Origin: Penicillus capitatus
Lineage: Eukaryota; Plantae; Chlorophyta
Assembly: GCA_965649825.1 (NCBI GenBank)
Contig: OZ287702.1
Span: forward strand, 507,170-571,169
Direction: 5' to 3'
Length of the DNA stretch: 64,000 nucleotides
Shown: one piece after another, positions 48,001-61,100 of the stretch
Position numbering within the stretch: the first letter of the stretch is position 1
How the letters are laid out: each line of letters opens with the position of its first letter
Notes under the pieces: generated by a model
The model's database searches: none
What the model saw: only the letters and a program-made list of their open reading frames with translations
What the model was told of the DNA's origin: nothing
Translations under genes and position numbers: made by a program

Positions 48001-51000
48001 AGGTCAGCTTTTGGCTTTGCTGGGTGTCAATGATGCAGTTTCTTGTTGTCTTTAGGTGCAATTTTCTTTGACGCCTCAGTCCCTGAAATATCAGTAGAAA
48101 AAGATCACAGTATCGCCAATCCGTTCACAGAGAGTGCTTCCCGCCACTTCGGAGAAAACTTAACATTCCGCAGAAACCGCGCTACTGTCGCCGGAGGTGC
48201 AGTTTTTGCACTCAATCCGCACCGTGTCGAAGTCTTGGCCCCCAAATGCAGAAGTTTTGTGGAGGATTCACACACTCAAAACTTCACGATCACATCGTTC
48301 GCAAAAAGTGCTGCGTGCAGAGCGATGAAGGGAAACACTGTGGGGGAAGGTGGGTATGGACCCGACATTGCTACACCAGCATTCGGTTACTACGTCACAC
48401 TGTACTACAAGAACGGGACACATGTGCCGCTGGAGCAGGGAGACGAATATGGTCTGGGAAGGTGGAAGAGTGGCGACGATCTCCCAGCCATAGAAGTCTC
48501 CATGTACGATCACTACGGACAGGGTCCAGCCAGAAGAGGATCCCGAGACGCAAAGGCCCAGTTTGGCGATTTGGAGGACGTGCATCTGCCCGACTACTTG
48601 TCGTACGCCAGAGCAGTTCTGGTGTCGGACGACGGTCTCCTGCCGAACGACCTGGTCGGCAACCTGACGTCTGGGAGGGACAACATTACCGTCGGCCCGC
48701 CGCTGGTGACGCCCGACGACTACACGGCGGCCTTGATTGTCCCAGATCTTAACGAAGAACACGTCACGCTGTCCGTCAACATCCGTCCCTGTGTGATCAA
48801 CGAAGTCCCTCGAGATGACAACAGAGGCTGCATCGAATGCAAGCCCGGTCGCTATAACTTCGATCCTGAGACCGGGACATGCACCGTCTGTCCCGACAAC
48901 GGCGACTGCTTTGGCAAGTACGCGCTGCCAAAGTCTGGACACTGGAATGCGTTCCCCTGCTCGCACCACATGCAGAAGTGCGTGTTCGGGGAAGCCTGTC
49001 GTGGACTCAATGCGTCGGAACTGAACAGAACTGTCGCGGTCGATGCGGCAGAAGGGTGCGACTTCTCCGATGAAGAGATCGAGCAGTACCAAGCCGATTT
49101 GTGCGAGGACGGGTACGAAGGCCCTCTGTGCGGATCATGCGCAGAGGGTCATGGCAAACTGGGCGCCTTCCGGTGTCTGGTCTGCGGGTCTAATGCCTCG
49201 GCGGTTTTTGCTGTTTTGGCTGCTTTCTTCATCTTGACGATGCTCTCGATGCTTCAGATCAGAGGAAACCTCACTCTAGCCAATCACCCACAGTCTCGAC
49301 GAAGCCGGTCTCGTTTCGTCCTAAGCTGGAAGCGTCTTCCCGTCCCCTTAGCTGCATACATTAGCAGTAAATCCGTGCGTCTGCCCGAACAAGAGAGAGA
49401 ATCCGAAGAACAAACAGAAGCACGTCAACGTGGGAACGAGAACTGCGAAAACAAGGCCAAGGAAGAGAACACGAAGTTTGTACAAGTTCTGAAGGTAAGG
49501 TCCCTTTTCCAGCAGCTCCCTGCCTTATCATGATCGCAGATCACCATCAACTTCGTCCAAGTGGTGGCCACTGGAATCGCTCTCGACATGGCGTGGTCAC
49601 CTGCCATTCTCCGACTCTTCGAATCATGGGGTAACCAACAACTGTCGCTGCGGTGTAACAGAGATGTGTGCTCTGTGCAGATTGGATAGGAGGCGCTGTC
49701 AGTCAGGCATCTACCTTCTCATTCATGTGCCTGCTGTCGAAGAACGGATCAGCACCGAGATCTGTTCTTCAGGCAGCTCTCGTCACTGTCATCCCTTTGG
49801 CCGTCGCTTTTTTTATATGTGCGTTTTGGGTATGCAGCGCAACCAAGAAAGACAGACCGTGGAACTATCTGGCAAAGAGATTCGTCCTGACAGTGGTGTC
49901 TGTGCTTTACGTTGCCTATCTGCCCCTCTTCCGAACAGCCATCAACGTTTTCTCCTGTGTCGATGTCTATGACTCCGCTACCCTTCATGGCATTGTCACC
50001 TCTAACTCGTATTGGGCAGAGGATACCTCTGTCAGATGCTTTGCCGACAGTCATTCCACACTCGTTTTTGCCGTCGCCATACCGCTTATCGTTTTCGCCA
50101 TCCTTTTCCCCGTTTCCTTGGGAGTGATCTTGATCATCGCTAGACAAAGGGGGATTCTTGACTCCCCGTGGATACAGGAGACCATCGGAATGCAGTTCAA
50201 AGGCTTTAAAGAAGCCTATGTTTTCTGGGATTGTATTGTCTTGCTAAGAAAGGCCCTGATCGCTGTTATTGCCACTTTTTCACACAGCCTGGGGGCCAAT
50301 TTGCAAGGACATCTGCTCATTGCACTTCTTCTGCTTGTTTTGTTCTTGCACATCATGGTGTCGCCATTCACAGCAGAACTGGAGGCCCTCAATCTTCTGG
50401 AATCTGCCTCCCTTTTTGTCAGTTCGTGTACTGTTCTTTGCGGTCTCATCCTGGACGACGAGAAGACGTCCGATGACAGTCTGAGGGCCTTCCTGGTCGC
50501 AGTCGTTCTTCTGCTGAACATCAGTCTCCTTCTGATCCTTTTCTTTTTTATGATGAAACATAAGATTCGCGCAATTAGATTCTTTTTGCTCTCGGCGGAC
50601 AGAGAGTCGCGGACGAGTACTTTGATTAGCACGATTACGGACTACTGTACGTTGCGCTTCCGCCAATTCGTGGACGCACTCTGGAAGAAAGATCGCAGCA
50701 CTCAGACCGTCATCCATGTCCAAGTTAGGAAAGAAACGGATCCCGATGAAGTTGAACTATCAGACCGCTCGAACTGAAGCGTTCGAGCTCGGAGTTTTGT
50801 TTTTGCAGATAAACGGACAACAACACTCTGGTTCCTTTTGGATTCCCAAAAGGGAGGGATCTTACGTTTCACTCATTCTTCACCCATTACGTTTTTTATT
50901 TGTGCAACTCAAGGTCATTAGATCTTGATTCGACGTCGTTAAGCATGCATGATGTTCTTTTCTCCCTCTGCACAGCATTAAATGAATCACGTGTTCAACG

Positions 51001-51360
51001 TTTGCCGCCACGTACGGCGAACAATTCAAATGGTGACTTATGGTGCGAAGTACAAGATTACCTGTCATGTGCAGGAAAGACACAGGCGAGACGATTAAAG
51101 AGGTCTATTTGTGAACGTTCGCAGTAGTGTCACTTTGAAGAGTAACAAAGAGTGGCGAAGGTTCGATACCGCGCGCCGTATATCGAAGACCATCGAGAGC
51201 ACGCACATCGTCGTCAACGATCACCCATGTCCGTTTCCAGATTTCGGCAGTCAATGCTGAGAAAACGCGAATAGACAGAAAAACGTCGACGTCTTCAAAG
51301 AGACTCGCAGGACTGAAGACACTGCAGCGTGCGTTCCAGCCGATCGGACCAAATGAAGGC
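45071..51360. repeat. Segmental duplication, copy 2 (copy 1 at ~14458-20730)
   Basis: Collinear with copy 1, including all introns. Confidence 0.93.
45405..50777 (+). CDS. Large beta-helix/Cys-rich/multi-TM surface protein, copy 2; 6 exons
   Basis: Same exon structure as 14785-20142. The 3-nt and 15-nt indels are both in frame. Confidence 0.85.
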
Positions 51361-52768
51361 TGACGAAAGTTCACACCTCCATGCCCTCAACACCTGCGTT
51401 GGACGCTGATTATACACACGATCAACGCGCTTCTCGTCAGGAATCCGCGGACATAAGAAGTGTGTTGCCCGTTCACTAGTAAAGCAGCTTGTGACCACCG
51501 ATCGTCGATCTCCTGAAGTCGTGGGCATTCTACGCTTGTCAAACAGTTGTTTGCGCCTAGTTCACGCATTCAATCTCTGGCTGGGTTTCAGAACAATTGC
51601 TTGTGTTTTGATACTATAAAGTTTGACAGCAAAGCAAAAGACTTCATTCGCGAGAGTGAGTTCCGCTGTGTTTCGATTTAGAGGATTGCTGCTACACGCG
51701 AAAAGAAATCGATCATCTGTTGCCTGCAAGCTGACAATACGCACGATGTTGGCATAACTCGAGAGCACGCAGAATGAACTGCCCGTTTCGCCGTGTCTCG
51801 TGCGATTAACTCTTCGATGCTTTGCTTATCGCGGAAACGACGAGACGGCTGTCAGCCGGCAAGAACGTGGAGTACTCGATGTCAGTGAAAGGCGTTCGTC
51901 CATCTCGTCTCGCTGTTGAGGTGTGCGTCCGAGCGTTGGAATAGGGAAGGAAAGGACCGTGTTCCTGATTTCAACGCACAATGAGTGCTCGGAGGTCGAA
52001 GTTCATCGACGGATATATGATCCTTTGCACAATCCAAAAGTATTTGACGGAGGGCGACACGGTCCTTTAGTTTAAGAGGGAACGGACATCTCGCATTTAG
52101 ATTCATTTGCGTGACCACACCGACTGTAGCAACTAAGATGTTAACTACAAAGATGTCAAACGACGGGACGTTGTAAGCAGAGGCCAAGTTTTTTGCGATT
52201 CCATCCCCTATCGATACATAACTTAAAGGCGTGAAACATTCATCGCCCCTGATCATTATACCGCCTTGTTATTTCGAGGGCAGACAGACAGCATCAAGAT
52301 CAAGAAAAGCGATTTCGGAGGATCGGCGATAATTCTCGGAGATGACAGCAGCACGTAAACGACTCAGTTCTCCACCGTTGTTCAATTTCCCAGTGAGTCT
52401 GCGAAGCCTAACCTCCTCTCGATGCTATACCAAAAGAGTGAGGTTTATGGTCACCATCACGACACACATGGATCCATTCTCACACACGTTGTGATCGCGC
52501 TCTATCCGATTTCCATCAGTGTTATTATATCATCAGGAATAACGGATTTGACCTCACTACCATATCTTCTTACTTGATACTGCTAGATTCGCAGTCGGGA
52601 AATCGCAAGACATGCGAAGAATTGAATGTCATTTTGGCAAGTGTCCATCGATGATGGCACCTTACGTAAGCGTCGCGTAAACTTCACTGCCCTGTTGCGT
52701 TAACTTCTCAGAGAAGCGGGATACGTATAAATACTCCTCCCTTGTTCTTCTTTCGAGTATTGTCGACA

Positions 52769-53733
52769 ATGGCTGCGAATCGCGTTCTCTATTGGGGTTC
52801 CGGGTCCACTCCTTGCTTCAGGGTGCTTTTCGCCCTTGAGGAAAAGGGACTCGAGTACGAAAGCAAACTGTTGGAGTTCTCAAAAAGTTCGTTCAGTTCG
52901 ACCGAATCATATCGAAATGATCGTATGGAGCAGAGGAACACAAAAGTGAAGAGGTCCTTGCACTCAATCCACGCGGTCAGCTTCCGACGTTCAAAGACGG
53001 CGACGCTGTCGTTAACGAATCTACCGCTATCATGCTCTACCTTGAGAGTCAATATCCGGAAAAGTCGCTCGTTCCTTCAGATGCCGCAACGAAGGCGCGG
53101 GTGCGATCTCTGGTTCGAATGGACCTCGCCTGAGCACGGTCTTGCTCCAAAGGTTTATCAGCGTTTCGCTGAAGCGATGGTTTTAGACAGAGTAACCTTC
53201 CCTTATGCATTACCGAAGGTCGGTTGTCCTCGAAGCCTGCGTTTGTTGTTCTACCTCTGCCTGTCTGTCAGATGAGAGGTCTTGATGATCCAGAAGAAGA
53301 ACAGCACATTGCCGATGTGAAGGTGACATTCCTCATCATCCAATCAGGCGATCATGAACGATCGAAGTCTAGACCGAGTTGGCATTGTGGGAGGGATATG
53401 CTGCCGAATACAAATACATTGCTGCTGACACTATCACACTTGCAGGTCTATCTGTGTTGTTTACGACTCAACACCTATTGCTAAAACTCTGTTTGTTAAG
53501 ATATGATCTTCGGGCCAACTGTGGTGTCTTCGCACAGGTATGGGATGACGTTCGATAACCATCCAAACCTCAAGAAGTACTACGAAATGATCAAGGTGAC
53601 TGATTTGTTGTCCACATACAACGAGCGCATCGGACATATTTCTGCAATGCAGGATTATCCGCCTCTTGTCAAAAGCTCTCCTCCTCATTGGAAGGATTCT
53701 CCACCCGCCTACGATTTCATGAAGATCTTCTAG
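52769..53733 (+). CDS. Glutathione S-transferase paralogue B (rho-class-like), multi-exon
   Basis: LYWGSGSTPCFRVLFALEEKGL, EHKSEEVLALNPRGQLPTFKDGDAVVNESTAIMLYLE, ending SPPHWKDSPPAYDFMKIF*. Confidence 0.92.
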
Positions 53734-54522
53734 AGTTTATCATCATTCCTCCCAAAAACCTCTTTTCATGTTTTACGAACACCTGTAAGGTGTGTTTGGC
53801 AAAACGGCAGTTCTTGTATAGTCTGATGCCAGTCGATCCCCAATGAGCTGCTGACGACAAAATAACAAAGCTCGGCCTGTTCTTAGAAGAAAACGCTTGT
53901 CAAGCAGAAAGCGCACCTGATCACCGCCACTCAGATGATGATCTCTTCGTCTCTCGGAGATAGTCATCTATACAAGCTCCGCAGGAAGGATTGGAATGCG
54001 AAAAAGATCGTGATAATCAAGCCTTCGTTTGATCGAAACATGTTCTTGTTAGCCTAAATGACATGACGATTGTGACATGGACGTACGTCAACATGCTTCC
54101 CAGTCCACTCACTACTCATGGTAATGATAACTAGTCGCGCCGGCTGAAATGCAGTGCTCTTCTTTTTAGCAAATCGTCTCAGGCTACCGAAAGTTATCAC
54201 AAACAACAAAAGATCTCGTTGCAACATTAACAGAGGCCTCATCATGATTAATGGGTCGAATGCGTCGTCTAGATCTCAATCTCTGATGACCAAGATTGCG
54301 TGCCTTGGCTTTGATTGCAGCGTCCATCTTTCTCGTCCCGCTTGTTTGAACAGTAGATAACGTTCGGCGTATCTCGGATCTAAACTCGTTCGCCTTCGTC
54401 TCGACAACTAAATTGAGACTTAATCGCCGATCTAAATGAGCGGGTTTCACGATCCATTTTGCAACTTTTATGCGAAGAACGTTTTTTCACTTTTCGGTGC
54501 TTCTTCGGCGAACAGCCTCGAC

Positions 54523-55188
54523 TGTTGAAAAAATGCTGAAAATTTCTGTAGTGACGATGATCTGAAGAATCGAGCGATCACATGATTCAGAAGAAACCGT
54601 ACGAATATAAAAAACCGCGTTTTGTTAAAAAAAGACTAATCGTTTAAGATATCGTTTTCGCTGAGTCTTTCACATGGTTTCGCAGCGAGGACAAGCCGTA
54701 TGGTCTTCGACGAAGCTCTTACTTTCTGTTTTGTTGTTTTATATCGCGACTGTGTGGAACATCCGAGGCGCGCAAGTTCCGACGGTTTGGACTTTCACTT
54801 TCCATGCAAAGTCCACGCTCCATTCTTGGGGAATACTTTCGTTCGAGCTGCATTACTTGGACAGCACACTTTACGAACTCCAACGCGCCTTTAACAAGCT
54901 CCATGAAAATGCGACGGTTGTGTGGATGGTTTTCGCCGTGATCCTTTGGAGGAACGCTATAGCGGCGTGGCGCGACTGGGAGCTTTTCTTCCGAGGAAGG
55001 GTGCGTACGAACCTAGAGACGGCACGGGACAATCCACGAGTAGCACAGCCGCTACCCACCGCATCAACCGTCGCGATGTCTGCGGAAAGACCCCCTGCTC
55101 TCCGCCAATGGTCGCAAAGCCTCCATGAAGATATCTTCAAGGGCCTCGAGTTTACGGAGTAATCGGTACCGGCGCGAATTCGGTCACT
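54523..55188 (+). mobile_element. Putative 5' portion (LTR, PBS, gag-like leader ORF) of a second, related LTR retrotransposon, truncated by the satellite array; left boundary uncertain
   Basis: TCACATGGTTTCGCAGCGAGG (54670-54690) matches the element-1 LTR-end/PBS (22311-22331) at 20 of 21 nt. A candidate LTR start TGTTGAAA at 54523 pairs with the TTTCACA end, giving ~152 bp. Confidence 0.65.
54674..55162 (+). CDS. 162-aa membrane protein starting at the LTR/PBS junction (probable truncated Gag N-terminus)
   Basis: Hydrophobic LLLSVLLFYIATVW, amphipathic LDSTLYELQRAFNKL, hydrophobic VVWMVFAVILW. This is the same layout as the element-1 Gag leader, without clear sequence identity. Confidence 0.5.
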   Translation: MVSQRGQAVWSSTKLLLSVLLFYIATVWNIRGAQVPTVWTFTFHAKSTLHSWGILSFELHYLDSTLYELQRAFNKLHENATVVWMVFAVILWRNAIAAWRDWELFFRGRVRTNLETARDNPRVAQPLPTASTVAMSAERPPALRQWSQSLHEDIFKGLEFTE

Positions 55189-58100
55189 ATTGTCACACTT
55201 GATCGCTCAGAGCATACTGATTTCTCACATTGGACCGCTCAGAGCATACTGTTTTCTCCATTTGAACATGTCCGACGCCCAAGCAGCCTCATGTGCTACA
55301 TACCCGTTCTGTTGGGGCGCTTCTGCACACACATTGGACCCCCCCCCTTGGGGCCCGTGGGCCGGGTTACAGCAAGCCCACCCCCCCCCCTTGGGGCCCG
55401 TGGGCCGGGTTACAGCAAGCCTACCCCCCCCTTTAAGGCCCGTGGGCCGGGTTGCAGCAAGCCTACCCCCCTTTTGGAGCTCGAGGGCCGGGTTACAGCA
55501 AGCCTACCCCCTCCCTTTTGGAGCTCGAGGGCCGGGTTGCAGCAAGCCTACCCCCCCCCCCTTTAAGGCCCGTGGGCCGGGTTGCAGCAAGCCTACCACC
55601 CTTTTGGAGCTCGAGAGCCGGGTTACAGCAAGCCTACCCCCCCTTGGGGCCCGAGGGCCGGGTTACAGCAAGCCTACCCCCTCCCTTTTGGAGCTCGAGG
55701 GCCGGGTTACAGCAAGCCTACCCCCCCTTTTGGAGCTCGAGGGCCGGGTTACAGAAGGCCTACCCTTCTTGAGGCTCGAGGGCCGGGTTACAGCAAGCCT
55801 ACCCCCCCCCTTTTGGAGCTCGAGGGCCGGGTTACAGCAAGCCTACCCCCCTTGGGGCCCGAGGGCCGGGTTACAGCAAGCCTACCCCCCTTTTGGAGCT
55901 CGAGGGCCGGGTTACAGCAAGCCTACCCCCCCTTGGAGCTCGAGGGCCGGGTTACAGCAAGCCTACCCCCCCTTGGGGCCCGAGGGCCGGGTTACAGCAA
56001 GCCTACCCCCCCTTGAAGCCCGAGGGCCGGGTTACAGCAAGCCTACCCCCCCCCTTGGGGCCCGTGGGCCGGGTTACAGCAAGCCTACCCCCCCCTTGGG
56101 GCCCGTGGGCCGGGTTGCAGCAAGCCTACCCCCCCTTGGGGCCCGTGGGCCGGGTTGCAGCAAGCCTACCCCCCTTTTCGAGGCCGCAGTACCGATTTCT
56201 CATATTGGACCGCCCAGGGCCTACTCTACATACCTGTTGGTGAGATTCTTCACTCACATTGGAGCGCTCGGAGCATACGGATTTCTCACATTGGACCGCT
56301 CAGAGCATACTGTTTTCGCCATTTGAACATGTCCGACGCCCAAGCAGCCTCATGTGCTACATACCCGTTCTGTTGGGGCGCTTCTGCACACACATTGGAC
56401 CCCCCTTGGGGCCCGTGGGCCGGGTTGCAGCAAGCCTACCCCCCTTTTGGAGCTCGAGGGCCGGGTTACAGCAAGCCTACCCCCCCCCCTTGGGGCCCGT
56501 GGGCCGGGTTACAGCAAGCCCACCCCCCCTTGGGGCCCGTGGGCCGGGTTGCAGCAAGCCTACCCCCTTTGAGGCCCGTGGGCCGGGTTGCAGCAAGCCT
56601 ACCCCCTTTGAGGCCCGTGGGCCGGGTTGCAGCAAGCCTACCCCCTTTGAGGCCCGTGGGCCGGGTTACAGCAAGCCTACCCCCTTTGAGGCCGTAGTAC
56701 TGATTTCTCACATTGGACCGCTCACAGCATACTGATTTCTCACATTAGACCGCTCAGAACCAACTCTGCATACCGGTCGATGAGATTCTCCACTCACATT
56801 AGGCTTCTCCACTCACATTGGACCGCTCACAGCATACCGATTTCTCACATTAGACCGCTTAGAACCAACTCTGCATACCTGTTGGGGTGCTTCTCCACTC
56901 ACATTAGGCTTCTCCACTCACATTAGGCTTCTCCACTCACATTGGACCGCTCACAGCATACCGATTTCTCACATTAGACCGCTTAGAACCAACTCTACAT
57001 ACCTGTTGGGGTGCTTCTCCACTCACATTGGACCGCTCACAGCATACCGATTTCTCACATTAGACCGCTTAAAACCAACTCTACATACCTGTCGGGGTGC
57101 TTCTCCACTCACATTAGGCTTCTTCATCCACTCACATTTGACCGCTCGGAGCATACGGATTTCTCACATTGGACCGCTCAGAGCATACTGTTTTCTCCAT
57201 TTGAACATGTCCGACGCCCAAGCAGCCTCATGTGCTACATACCCGTTCTGTTGAGGCGCTTCTGCACACACATTGGACCGCTCACAGCATACCGATTTCT
57301 CACATTAGACCGCTTAAAACCAACTCTACATACCTGTCGCGGTGCTTCTCCACTCACATTAGGCTTCTTCATCCACTCACATTTGACCGCTCGGAGCATA
57401 CGGATTTCTCACATTGGACCGCTCAGAGCATACTGATTTCTCCATTTGAACATGTTTTGCGCCCAAGCAGCCCCATGTGCTCGTGAGCTTGACCGAGGAT
57501 GCCACTCTACATACATGTTGGGGTGATTCTCCACTCACGTTGGACCGCTCAGAACCAACTCTGCATACCGGTTGGGGTGCTTCTCCACTCCCATTAGGCT
57601 TCTCCATCCACGTTGGACCGCTCACGGCATACTGATTTCTCACATTAGACCGCTCAGAACCAACTCTGCATACCGGTTGGGGTGCTTCTCCACTCCCATT
57701 AGGCTTCTCCATCCACGTTGGACCGCTCACGGCATACCGATTTCTCACATTGGACCGCTCAGAACCAACTCTACATACCTGTTGGGGTGTTTCTCTACTC
57801 ACATTAGGCTTTTTCATCCACGTTGGACCGCTCACGGCATACTGATTTCTCACATTAGACCGCTCAGAACCAACTCTGCATACCGGTTGGGGTGCTTCTC
57901 CACTCCCATTAGGCTTCTCCATCCACGTTGGACCGCTCACGGCATACTGATTTCTCACATTAGACCGCTCAGAACCAACTCTGCATACCGGTTGGGGTGT
58001 TTCTCCACTCACATTAGGCTTCTTCATCCACATTGGACCGCTCAAAGCATACCGATTTCTCACATTGGACCGCTCAGAACCAACTCTACATACCGGTTGG

Positions 58101-61100
58101 GGTGCTTCTCCACTCACATTAGGCTTCTCCACTCACATTGGACCGCTCACAGCATGTTGATTTCTCACGTTGGACCGCTCAGAACCAACTCTACATACCT
58201 GTTGGTGAGATTCTTCACTCCCATAAGGCTTTTCCATCCACATTAGACCGCTCATAGCATACTGATTTCTCACATTTGAACATTTGCGACACCCAAGCAG
58301 CCTCATGTGCTACATACCCGTTCTGTTGGGGCGCTTCTCCGCACACATTGGACCCCCCTTTTAGGCCCGTGGGCCGGGTTACAGCAAGCCTACCCCCCCC
58401 CTCGAGGCCCGTGGGCCGGGTTACAGCAAGCCTACCCCCCCCTTTAAGGCCCGTGGGCCGGGTTGCAGCAAGCCTACCCCCCTTTTGGAGCTCGAGGGCC
58501 GGGTTACAGCAAGCCTACCCCCTCCCTTTTGGAGCTCGAGGGCCGGGTTGCAGCAAGCCTACCCCCCCCTTTAAGGCCCGTGGGCCGGGTTGCAGCAAGC
58601 CTACCACCCTTTTGGAGCTCGAGAGCCGGGTTACAGCAAGCCTACCCCCCCTTGGGGCCCGAGGGCCGGGTTACAGCAAGCCTACCCCCTCCCTTTTGGA
58701 GCTCGAGGGCCGGGTTACAGCAAGCCTACCCCCCCCTTTTGGAGCTCGAGGGCCGGGTTACAGAAGGCCTACCCCCCCCCTTTTGGAGCTCGAGGGCCGG
58801 GTTACAGCAAGCCTACCCCCCTTGGGGCCCGAGGGCCGGGTTACAGCAAGCCTACCCCCCTTGGGGCCCGAGGGCCGGGTTACAGCAAGCCTACCCCCCT
58901 TTTGGAGCTCGAGGGCCGGGTTACAGCAAGCCTACCCCCCCTTGGAGCTCGAGGGCCGGGTTACAGCAAGCCTACCCCCCCTTGGGGCCCGAGGGCCGGG
59001 TTACAGCAAGCCTACCCCCCCTTGAAGCCCGAGGGCCGGGTTACAGCAAGCCTACCCCCCCCCTTGGGGCCCGTGGGCCGGGTTACAGCAAGCCTACCCC
59101 CCCTTGGGGCCCGTGGGCCGGGTTGCAGCAAGCCTACCCCCCCTTGGGGCCCGTGGGCCGGGTTGCAGCAAGCCTACCCCCCTTTTCGAGGCCGCAGTAC
59201 CGATTTCTCATATTGGACCGCCCAGGGCCTACTCTACATACCTGTTGGTGAGATTCTTCACTCACATTGGAGCGCTCGGAGCATACGGATTTCTCACATT
59301 GGACCGCTCAGAGCATACTGTTTTCGCCATTTGAACATGTCCGACGCCCAAGCAGCCTCATGTGCTACATACCCGTTCTGTTGGGGCGCTTCTGCACACA
59401 CATTGGACCCCCCTTGGGGCCCGTGGGCCGGGTTGCAGCAAGCCTACCCCCCTTTTGGAGCTCGAGGGCCGGGTTACAGCAAGCCTACCCCCCCCCTTGG
59501 GGCCCGTGGGCCGGGTTACAGCAAGCCCACCCCCCCTTGGGGCCCGTGGGCCGGGTTGCAGCAAGCCTACCCCCTTTGAGGCCCGTGGGCCGGGTTGCAG
59601 CAAGCCTACCCCCTTTGAGGCCCGTGGGCCGGGTTGCAGCAAGCCTACCCCCTTTGAGGCCCGTGGGCCGGGTTACAGCAAGCCTACCCCCTTTGAGGCC
59701 GTAGTACTGATTTCTCACATTGGACCGCTCACAGCATACTGATTTCTCACATTAGACCGCTCAGAACCAACTCTGCATACCGGTCGATGAGATTCTCCAC
59801 TCACATTAGGCTTCTCCACTCACATTGGACCGCTCACAGCATACCGATTTCTCACATTAGACCGCTTAGAACCAACTCTGCATACCTGTTGGGGTGCTTC
59901 TCCACTCACATTAGGCTTCTCCACTCACATTAGGCTTCTCCACTCACATTGGACCGCTCACAGCATACCGATTTCTCACATTAGACCGCTTAGAACCAAC
60001 TCTACATACCTGTTGGGGTGCTTCTCCACTCACATTGGACCGCTCACAGCATACCGATTTCTCACATTAGACCGCTTAAAACCAACTCTACATACCTGTC
60101 GGGGTGCTTCTCCACTCACATTAGGCTTCTTCATCCACTCACATTTGACCGCTCGGAGCATACGGATTTCTCACATTGGACCGCTCAGAGCATACTGTTT
60201 TCTCCATTTGAACATGTCCGACGCCCAAGCAGCCTCATGTGCTACATACCCGTTCTGTTGAGGCGCTTCTGCACACACATTGGACCGCTCACAGCATACC
60301 GATTTCTCACATTAGACCGCTTAAAACCAACTCTACATACCTGTCGCGGTGCTTCTCCACTCACATTAGGCTTCTTCATCCACTCACATTTGACCGCTCG
60401 GAGCATACGGATTTCTCACATTGGACCGCTCAGAGCATACTGATTTCTCCATTTGAACATGTTTTGCGCCCAAGCAGCCCCATGTGCTCGTGAGCTTGAC
60501 CGAGGATGCCACTCTACATACATGTTGGGGTGATTCTCCACTCACGTTGGACCGCTCAGAACCAACTCTGCATACCGGTTGGGGTGCTTCTCCACTCCCA
60601 TTAGGCTTCTCCATCCACGTTGGACCGCTCACGGCATACTGATTTCTCACATTAGACCGCTCAGAACCAACTCTGCATACCGGTTGGGGTGCTTCTCCAC
60701 TCCCATTAGGCTTCTCCATCCACGTTGGACCGCTCACGGCATACCGATTTCTCACATTGGACCGCTCAGAACCAACTCTACATACCTGTTGGGGTGTTTC
60801 TCTACTCACATTAGGCTTTTTCATCCACGTTGGACCGCTCACGGCATACTGATTTCTCACATTAGACCGCTCAGAACCAACTCTGCATACCGGTTGGGGT
60901 GCTTCTCCACTCCCATTAGGCTTCTCCATCCACGTTGGACCGCTCACGGCATACTGATTTCTCACATTAGACCGCTCAGAACCAACTCTGCATACCGGTT
61001 GGGGTGTTTCTCCACTCACATTAGGCTTCTTCATCCACATTGGACCGCTCAAAGCATACCGATTTCTCACATTGGACCGCTCAGAACCAACTCTACATAC

